Shown: piece after piece, positions 54,210-64,000 of the stretch | Layout of the letters: every line of letters begins with the position of its first letter | Position numbering within the stretch: position 1 is the first letter of the stretch | From: Octopus vulgaris | Lineage: Eukaryota | Direction of reading: 5' to 3' | NCBI GenBank assembly: GCA_951406725.2 | Contig: OX597815.1 | Coordinates: 80,724,001-80,788,000, forward strand | Length of the DNA stretch: 64,000 nt | Program-made: the position numbers and the translations under genes | Notes under the pieces: model-generated | Told to the model about the DNA's origin: nothing | The model's database searches: none | What the model saw: the letters and a program-made list of their open reading frames with translations, nothing else

Positions 54210-55110
54210 ATTAATGATATCAGGGTAATAAAGATTTTAGAAATTTTTACTACCACTGGCCTAGCGTATAGAAAAATTTGTCAATAGACTATATATTATT
54301 CATATAAAATACAGTGTATATTTAAACACATTAAGAGGTTTCCATCATAGGAATCCTTTACGCTAGAAAGAACAGCTAAAATCCAAACCACTAATTAGGG
54401 ATAAATTCTCGAAGGGAATGAAAAATAAAAACATTTAAAAACATTTATTTTATTTACTAAAATAACTAAGAAACTATGGTCCAAGAAAGAGATGGTAAAT
54501 GTTTTTATTTTTCATTCCCTTCGAGAATTTATCCCTAATTAGTGGTTTGGATTTTAGCTGTTCTTTCTAGCGTAAAGGATTCCTATGATGGAAACCTCTT
54601 AATGTGTTTAAATGTACACTGTATTTTATATGAATAATATATAGTTTATTGACAATTTTTTCTATACGCTAGGCCACTGGTAGTAAAAATTTCTAAAATC
54701 TTTATTACCCTGATATCATTAATTATGTATAATGATTTCTGGTAGATTCGTTCGAAGAATTTGCCGGCATCTTTTCTGCTGTCAACAAAAAAGACTGCGC
54801 TTGCGCAATGGATTTGCAAAAAAAAAAAAAAATTTTAATGTATAAGCAATGAGGCACATGCTGGATTGGCCTCGTTGTTTATATATTTAATCTTTGGCGT
54901 CCATGTTGATGAAGACTTCGCCTGGTAAACCATTTTATTTACTAAAATAAGTCAGAAACCATGGTCTAGGAAAGAGATGGTAATGTTTTTAATTTTCATT
55001 CCCTTCGAGAATTTATCCCTAATTAGTGGTTTGGACTTTAGCTGTTCTTTCTAGCGTAAAAGATTCCTATGATGGAAACCTCTTAATGTGTTTAAATGTA
55101 CACTGTATTT
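54202..55110. repeat. Inverted + partial tandem repeat block (PLE-like architecture)
   Basis: 54202-54436 is a near-perfect inverted copy of 54496-54731, and about 54445-54625 is repeated directly at 54931-55110. Confidence 0.9.
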
Positions 55111-55129
55111 AATATATATATATATATCT

Positions 55130-55320
55130 GGTGTGTCTGTTTGTCCCCCCAACATCGCTTGACAACCGATGCTGGTGTGTTTACGTCCCCGTTACTTAGC
55201 GGTTCGGCAAGAGAGACCGATAGAATAAGTACTAGGCTTACAAAGAATAAGTCCTGGGGTCGATTCGCTCGACTAAAGGCGGTGCTCCAGCATGGCCGCA
55301 GACAAATGACTGAAACAAAG
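55130..55320 (+). mobile_element. SINE family B 3' half
   Basis: Near-identical to the 3' halves of other copies. An inverted, decayed 5' half follows at 55345-55500. Confidence 0.85.
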
Positions 55321-55874
55321 AAAAAAAAAATATATATATATATATACGTACGATGGGCTTCCATACAGTTTCTGCATTTTAGCTCACAAAACATTGAACG
55401 GCTCTGGACTATAGTGAAAGACACATGTGCTGTGTGCCGTGGGACGGAACCTAGAACAGCATGGTTGCAAAGAGAGTTTCTTAATCACATAGCTATTCCC
55501 ACATCTTTTACTGCAAATATGTGTTCGTGCCAAAATCAAAAAAAATAATATATATTTTGGTGAAACCATATAGAAAAAATGCTATTGAAATATGGCGCAG
55601 AAAAAATATGACGACATACACTTCTAACACATATATGATTAACTTAAAATATTAAAGTCAAATAATTGAAGTGAGAATCTCATAAAAAGAGAAAACTTCT
55701 ATTAAAATCTGATTAGTTATTTGTATTCGCTTATATACATCAGGAGTACATTGCATATATTGCATTCGTGCAGGAAGCCCCACTCATACAGATGCAAAGA
55801 GAGAAGAGAGAGAAAGAGAGAGGGAGAGGTGGGGGATAGCTCGACAGATACAAACAGACAGACAAAGAGCGAGG

Positions 55875-55908
<34 letters not shown>

Positions 55909-55957
55909 CAGACAGACAGACAGAAAGGGAAACAGATAGAGAGAGAGAAATGTATGT

Positions 55958-56385
55958 TTCTTTTATCTTCAACTTGTTTCAGTCATTGAATTGCGGCCAT
56001 GCTGGGGCACCACCTTGAATGGTTTTAGCCGAACAAATCGACCCCTTTACTTATTTTTTAAATGTGGTACTAGCCCTTTTATTGAACAGATACGTTACAT
56101 AAAAAACGTAAACAAACCAGCACCGGTTTGATCAAACAGTGGAGGAGGTGGGACAGGCACAAACAACACAACTACACACTCGTACATATACAATATGTAC
56201 ACATATACACATATATACGTACAACGATCTTCTTTTAGGTTCTGTCTATTAAATCTACTCAGAAAACTTCGGTCGACACGGGGGCTGAAATAGAAGACAC
56301 ATATCCAAGGTGCCATATATTGGGACCTGAAAGTCGAACCATATGATTGGGAAGCAGACTTCTTACCACACAGCTATATCTGCGC
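55958..56385 (-). mobile_element. SINE family B, diverged copy
   Basis: cttgtttcagtcattgaattgcggccatgctggggcacc...ccaaggtgcc...cttaccacacagc. Confidence 0.8.
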
Positions 56386-56947
56386 GTTGATTTTTTTTTT
56401 TTTTCCACATACATGTAAAACCATTACATAAATTGCTTTTCGTTAGTGTACAAATTTTTTGTTGTCAATTAATATGTAACCAAAATAGTTGTTTAATCAA
56501 TCAAACTATTATTTATGGCATTTAAATTAAGTGTGACATTTTCCCCCTGTCACACGTCACAGTTTTTCTAACCAAAATCGTGACTCGTTTCAGTGACTTT
56601 ATTTCCATTCACCTTTTTACTGTTTACCTGAATTAATTTCCTCATGTCATTCTGTTTATATTTTATTTTATTTTTACTCTCGCATTCTCGAAATCTATTG
56701 AGCCTTCTCATAAACTTTGTACGAAAGAACACCGGTATTTCATATTCTGTGTGCGTGTGTGACTGTGTGTGTGTCTAAAAGTATGTATATGTATGTACCT
56801 GTGTGTTAGGGTGTGTATGCAAAATTGAAAATATACGCCTTAATGTATACAAACAGAAAAAAGCATTCACTACAAGGAGAGACTATAGGTTTATCAGAAG
56901 AGCTATAAATTTATGTGTGTATGTGTAAAACCACATATGAATTGGTG

Positions 56948-57011
<64 letters not shown>

Positions 57012-58054
57012 TATGTATGTATACATATATATAGACAGAGAGAGTGAGAGGGAGAGAAAGAAAGACAGAGAGAAAGAGGGATGAAAGAGAGAAAGAAAGA
57101 AATAGATTCAAATACGCTCGTAAATTCTTTCAAAAAGGTTCATACATACAAACATAAACGTCATGCACGCACACTCATTCACATACACATCGACGCATGC
57201 ATACATACATACATACATACATACATACATACATACAAAAAAGAAACACATACACACACACACATACCCTTGTACAACGTGGTGAATCCGTTTAATCAGC
57301 CATGAAATATGCGATCTGGCATTACTCTCTACCGTTCGTTCCACTTTGAAAAACAGACGAAAAGCGACAAACGATTGTGTCTATGGGGTCAGCAAGTGTA
57401 TTTATTCGTTTAATGTCTTCGTTTTATAGCGATTCACTGATTTTATTCATAGTGCGTCACTATCAACATTATCAACAACGCTCACCATAACCAACCACTG
57501 GCGCCAACATCTTCCTCATTAAAAAATACTACTATCTCTTTTTCCATTAATATCATCAACACCAAAGGGCGGTGAATGGAAAAACCGGTACAGCGCCGGA
57601 TAAAATGCATTATATGAACCATAAAGCCTCTGTGTTGTCGCTCAGCGAGAAGAAATAGCAGCCAAAATCTACCTCGGATGACATCCTACTATTTGTAAAT
57701 GAGGCATGGCACATTAGATATTATTATATTGTCCATTATATCTGACTGAAAGAGATTGTCATGGTCGGAGAGCTGTTAATCATCAGTCTGCTCGATTCCG
57801 AGTGGTCTGAAGTTGATAAGAAACAAGACGCGTGCGCGTGCCAAAACAGACGTTCATTTGGGTATTTAGTTACGTCCCTTTGTGAAAAAAAAAAAAACTG
57901 AGCTGGCAGTGAATCTTTGATGGATGAAAAACAACTCTGGTGAGAACGAAGCAAAGAGACAAGAGAAGAGTCAGGGAAGAAGAGGAAGAAATTTAGAGGG
58001 AAAGAGGGAGAGAACAGAGAGACATAGATAGGAGAGAGAGAGAGAAAGACAGAC

Positions 58055-58097
<43 letters not shown>

Positions 58098-58245
58098 GAA
58101 AGAGAAGGGGAGAGAGCAGAAGAAAATAAAAGGATAACATTTGTTTGTTTGTTGTCGGCGGAGTTAGTAAATTGAAGTAATTTTATTAAGTTGAAATCTT
58201 ACCGAAAATTGACTTTGGTTTTTCCTTCATTTTGTGAGGTTTATT

Positions 58246-58276
<31 letters not shown>

Positions 58277-58976
58277 TGCTGGTGTATGTCAGCTTTAATC
58301 AGATACACCTATAATCAGATAGACCTTTAAGCAGATAGACTTATGACATTTGTGACCATCTCGTCAGATTTTTGGTGTTTTCAGTCATGGTGTATCTAGG
58401 ACGAACACTATCCTTAAGTCGTTTAAAAAAAGAAAAACACTCGGGAGCAATCTGAGGTTGAACGACCACGTACGTAGAGCCTTCTTCTGTTCAAATAAGT
58501 AAAAGTGAAATACTTGGTTTGAATTAATCAAGTATTTCGCTTCCACCAAAATCTGTCGCCTTGTGCCAGTGCCAACATTCATAATCACCTCAATCAATCC
58601 CTACTAACGCCATCGTAAAATTGGTCTCCCAACACCAACCAACGTGGCTTCTTTTTCGTCTAGTTATTCTTCTGTGTCAATAAACCGTTGTTTTCTTAGC
58701 GGTGAGTAAGCAGAAATAATTGAAAGTTGCACTAATTTACCTTCTTACAACATTTGTGTTTATTCACTCCCTTGATGTTCCGGAGTTCAAGACTGGCCAG
58801 CATCGATTTTCACTTTCATCCCTCCACGCTTCGTAGAATATGCACCAATCAGCTGAAGAAATTGATGATAATCGTCTACAGCTTTCCAATACAACAATTT
58901 TGTTCGACTTTGTCAATATGAGAATTGCTCATGATCAGTTAGTAGCATAATCATTACTGTTTCAATAGTAGGATTA

Positions 58977-59230
58977 AAGGCGGCGAGCTGGCAGAATCGT
59001 TAGCACGCCGGACAAAACTACTTAGCGGCCTTTCGCCCACTTTACGCACTGTGCTCAAATACCACTGAGGTTGACATTAACTTTCATCTCTTTCGGAGCC
59101 AATACAATAAGTACCAGTACAGTACTGGGCGGGGGGAGGGTCAATGATATCGACTATCCCCCTCCCGCAAAGTTTCTGGGAGAGGAATGCTATTGATATC
59201 ATTCCTCCCAGTGCCTGTAGTAGAAAGGGT
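58977..59230 (+). mobile_element. SINE family A
   Basis: AAGGCGGCGAGCTGGCAGAATCGTTAGCACGCCGG...ATAAGTACCAG. Further decayed copies lie at 58700-58900 and 59585-59960. Confidence 0.8.
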
Positions 59231-62200
59231 TATGATAACTGGGCGTAAGGATATTAATGGATCCTACTCCGTGATGCATTAGTATCACAGAGTAGGATCA
59301 AAATCCAATAATGCGTATTTGTGAAGCAGACTCGATAACCACATAACTATCCTCTTGTTGCTTCAGTTGAACCAAGGTCTTGAGAGTTAACATTAGTAGT
59401 CGGAAACAGAGTGGAAGTTCGTCGAAAAGAACATTCTTGTTCTGAGTAACAAATTCAATCTGTTAAAAATATCACTACAATGCCCTTAGTAGTTTGTCCA
59501 TGACCCACCAGCCCGGGTCTTAAAAAGGGGTCAATACTGTTATTCTTCCCTTCTTCGATTAAGCTATTTAAAAACAATAGGAAATGGCAGAAATGGTAGA
59601 GAGACAAAGTAAATACTTTGAGATATTTACTTAGTTCAAATCACACCGAACCTACTCGACTTCCATCCTTTCGCGATCAATGAAATAATGCACCGGTCAA
59701 ATACACGGATCAATTTAATCGATAGTAGCTCGCTTACAAAATATTTAGCCTTGTGTTAGGAAGCTTTATTAGGATTGTCGGAAACAGTAAAGCCTCGGGC
59801 AAATTGAGTTGCTCCAAGTTCAAATGACGCCTTGGTCGACTTCATAATTCATTCATCTGTGATTAATAAATTAAGTACCAGTTGAATACAGAGTTTATAC
59901 AATTGATTTTAATTTTAACATTACATTCACAAAAAAAAAGACTGTCTGGCCATGTGCAATGTTAGAAATCCTTATTGGTTCTGGGAACTCTCTGGACTTG
60001 AAGGTATTGTTTGGAAGACGACAAACAAACAAGTTAAAATTTTAAAGATCGTCAGGCAGTTTTTTTTTCTGGTTATTAATACAAAAACCATAGTATAATA
60101 GTGGACAGCATCGAGTTAAACAGCAACTACAATTGTCTACAACTTCACTATACGCACGTGGAAAGATACTTACTAGACCGTCATTTTATGTCCTTGAAAA
60201 CCCATTAATTCTCAATAATAATTATAACATGCATAATTATTATTTGTTTACATTTTAGTATGTAGAATTCAGTTGTTGTGATTGACTGTTTGAGAAGTTA
60301 AGATGAACAATTCGGCTGCATTCCGAACTACCGAAAAAGTCCTTGTGAGTCTAACATCACGGAGTCTGAGTGCATAAGTATAAGAGACAGTATATTTATT
60401 TCAAAGCTGTACATTTATTACACATCGATATTACAGTGGCTGTTTTGCTGCGGGTAATTACGATAAATCTGAGTATAACAGCAGTAAGATAAAGGTGAAT
60501 GTTATTAAAGGTTAATTGAAGGATTTTTAAAGGTCTGAGGTGGGATGCACAAATAATTGTACCGTAACTGTGATCACGGCTGGACACTTCTCGGAACAAC
60601 GTAGCGCAATGTTTAACATCTTGAAATTGTGATTAGTGCTATTTAGAGACCCGGGCAACTTTGGCTGTACCAACATGAAATCAAAGAGATCTAGCAGTGT
60701 GATGTATCTAGGACTACATTATTCAGTGTACACTGCATATTCAAAAGGTAACAGTATCTAATTTGGATGAATTTCGCAGAAAATGTTAGTAGATCGAGGT
60801 ATTGCAAATGGACCTCCTTTGTTGATTCGTCTTTCCGGAGCATTTGTGAGCTGTAAGCGTATTATAATTACAAAGTAAGCAATATTATAATATGCATGGC
60901 GCGCAGTTCCCTCCTTTAGTTATAAGTTGTTTATTTTGATATCCATCCATATTCAGTTCTCTCTCCTTTCGTCTTATTTTACGATGTTAAATCAATGGAC
61001 CCACCTCAGAGTTTCGCTCGATATTCTCTCAGATCTGGCATATCTTACAACAGAACACCATTATTTCATTGATGTTTGGTTGCTTTTATAGTAAGACTTT
61101 TCACTTATGTGGTAAGAAATTCCTTTTCATGTATCCCGAAATTGTTTAGCACTCATTCGAAGCTTTCAATGTTTTGACTAAATAGCTATCTTCATTGTTA
61201 TGATGTCAACTTTCTGTTCCGGTTCTTTTTTTTTTTGTCTTTTCTTTTTACTTGTTTTTTTTTCTTTGAGTCTTTGATTCTTTACATTCCTTTAATAATC
61301 CCTTTCAAAAAAGTCTCTTAGCGATATTTCTTCCATCTTATATCCCCATTGAATGTTTACCATTCCTGTATTCTATTTTTGTTCTAATAGACTCCATTCT
61401 TGTGGGAGACAAATAACTGGGTTATATTTAATAGCCAACATATATCTTTACTGCTGTTGTTATTAGTTTTCGACGTCTGCCCTGATCAAGCAGACTTAAG
61501 ATCATAATCTTTTCAGCGTCACCATCTTTCATTCATTCATTCATTTTTTTCCCTTCAGATGATATACATCTAGTACTACTTTATCCAGATATATCCTCCC
61601 CCTATATGTGTGATCTTTAGGAGAAACAGTTATCATTTCTAACTAATCGAGTGAGGAAAGGCTCCGTTGTTGTCTCGTCGATATCGCTATGCTGGTATCA
61701 TATCGGATTTAATTCTAAAGGTTTCCATTTACATATATGCAGCAAGGTTTTGTGAAACAGCCGCTTCAGAATTTGAGTATTGACCATTTACTATTAATGA
61801 AACAATAGCTATCAGACGTAACTTATATAAACACTGTGCGTAAAATGACTGGTGTCGATGGGGATGACTCCATAGTCACTAGGCCATATCATGTAACACG
61901 TGATGGTATGAAAAAACAGTACATGCTAAGCACATTACAATTATTTTTTTATCTTTTATTTTATTTTATTTTTCATTTCTTTAGGCACAAACAGAATAGA
62001 GTAATTGTGAGTCAAATCTTCTGGAAGCCGAATAATGGAATGGTGCATTAAATTGTGTGATGTATTACAGAATTATTAATGCTTGTCCATCATGTGTGTC
62101 TATGCATGTATGAATTGTTGGATGAGAGGAAAGATAAATGGATATCGCTTTCTGTGTATGTGATGTACGTATATATGTATGGAAGTTGTTTGTGTATATG

Positions 62201-62521
62201 CATCTATGCATGTATGAAGATATGTACTTATGCAAACATATCAACGGTGGCAGAAAAAGTTTGGAATTATATGCAAGACAAAGCAATTACTGCTAAATAA
62301 TACAATACGAAATGTAAATTGTGTTGTCATTGACTCAACACTTTCTGTAACTGCCTTGAGCAGAACTAAACGCAAATGTGTAATATATGTTACTTTAAGA
62401 AAAAGTACATGTATATAAGCATATATTTAGTAATATACATTAAAACATGCTAACACACACAAACACATATATATCTTTATATATACATATACATGAATAT
62501 ATATATATATATATGTATATG

Positions 62522-62582
<61 letters not shown>

Positions 62583-62663
62583 AGAATGTACAAAAAAAAG
62601 GACGAAGACGGGTGTGTAAGCAACAAACAGATGTATTAGTTTAACGCTCAGGAAGTAAGAAAG

Positions 62664-62703
62664 TCTTTTACGTTTCGAGCCTACGCTCTTTGTCAGAAAG
62701 AAA
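62664..62703 (-). ncRNA. Minimal PLE-type hammerhead motif (G8A variant) within a probable non-autonomous PLE repeat
   Basis: UCUUU-CUGACAA-A-GAGC-GUAG-GCUC-GAAAC-GUA|AAAGA, next to a (TA)n tract. A related copy lies at 39595-39670. Confidence 0.6.
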
Positions 62704-63584
62704 CAGAGAGAGAAAATAGAAAAAGGTTTAGTGGCTAGCGATCTATCATGGCAAATGCCGGACAGAGGGGTCACACAGGAGAACCAGGAAGAAGGAGAGA
62801 TAATAAAGTAGTGGTAATCCCAAAACGAGGGTGTGCATGTATATATGAGAGCGTGTATGTGCGTGTGGAAGGGGGATGGTGACATTGACGTGTGTGTGTG
62901 TGCATGTGTAGGTGTGTGGATGATGGTGTAGGTGCTGGGACGCGGTCAGTGATAGTGTGTGCGCTGGTGTGGGTGCTGGGAAGTGGTCAGTGCTAGTGTG
63001 TGCGGAGTGGTGTGATGTGGTGTGGTATGGTGGTGTGTGGTACGATGGTGTTTGGTGTGGTGGTGTATGTGGTGGTGGGGGAGAGGTGAGAGTGAGGGAA
63101 GCAAGGGTGGGGTCTTATGGATGTGGTGGGTGGGATGGGATTATAGGGATGGTGAGGTTGTAATATGTAGGGTGGGGTAACGAGGGATGGGGTGACGATG
63201 AAGCGCACACATACAAACACGCACCCACATATATTTAATCTGCACATGCACACCTGTTTTCTTTTTCCCCGAGAGAGAAGATGGGATGGACGATGTGGTA
63301 TAATGTTAAACAGTGGTTAGAAAAGACCTTCAAAGGCTCTCTAATTCCTGCTTAACGCGTAGCCCTTCAATCAACCATACCTAACTTTTTCTGTTTTTGA
63401 GTTTTCTTTTCAGAGTCAGTTTCATCAAATCTACTTTTCACGCGTTCATTCCCTTAGCATGTTCTTGGAGCACGGAGCAACTTTATTGAATATGTTTCTA
63501 TCTGAAGATGCACCTTGCTGATAATGTCTATGACAGGCTTAATAATCGTGGACAGATGCTCGAAGCTTTTGTTTATATAATAAA

Positions 63585-63976
63585 CTAGCAGTATCGCCCG
63601 GCGTTGCTCGGGTTTGTTCCGACCCTTTAGAATTGGAATTATTGAAAAGTAAAAATTTTGCATTATGTAGCTTGTTATTCTCTTGAAGTGAACATTTTTC
63701 TGGTTGAAATACACCGAAAAATGGCGACGCAGCAGTCAAAAAATCGTAAAAAATAGGGATTTTCATAGCAAAAAGTACCTTTTTGATGTTAATAATTTTT
63801 TATGTTAACATGGTCCGATTTGAATTTTTTTCTTCTACGGAAGGAAGAGCAAACCTTCTTCTATCATACTCTCAATATTGGTTAACTTGCGACGCAGGGT
63901 CTCGGACGAGATAGTGTTAGTTGAAGGCTATCAAACCTGCCACACACACACAGACAACATCAGCTTTATATATAGA
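63585..63976 (-). mobile_element. Intact non-autonomous Helitron (392 bp)
   Basis: Minus strand starts TCTATATATAAAG and ends CCCGAGCAACGCCGGG-CGATACTG-CTAG (GC hairpin + CTAG). Inserted between A and T with no TSD. Confidence 0.92.
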
Positions 63977-64000
63977 TTTCCTCATTCTGTTTATAAAAAT

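Overview
AT-rich animal DNA that looks intronic or intergenic and is saturated with microsatellites and transposon debris. The SINE families and repeat landscape suggest a cephalopod (octopus-type) genome, which is my inference from memory of these repeats and not a search result. I cannot support any complete host protein-coding gene, and nearly all ORFs in the track are microsatellite translations. Supported content: several tRNA-derived SINE families (some with TSDs); remnants of R4/Dong, Tx1/L1, CR1-like, RTE and Penelope-like (PLE) retroelements; mariner and Tigger/pogo fossils; and one intact non-autonomous Helitron. The most interesting signal is a set of type I hammerhead ribozyme motifs from about five different sequence contexts. 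These are a canonical one at 6475-6548 (-), an extended one at 31024-31105 (+), a 95-bp tandem pair at 52662-52802 (-), a minimal PLE-type one at 62664-62703 (-) with a decayed sibling at 39.6 kb, and a fossil at 53388-53460. Other highlights are a ~530-bp near-perfect foldback, SINE dimers that share one junction, and a SINE/LINE shared 3' stem-loop with covariation.
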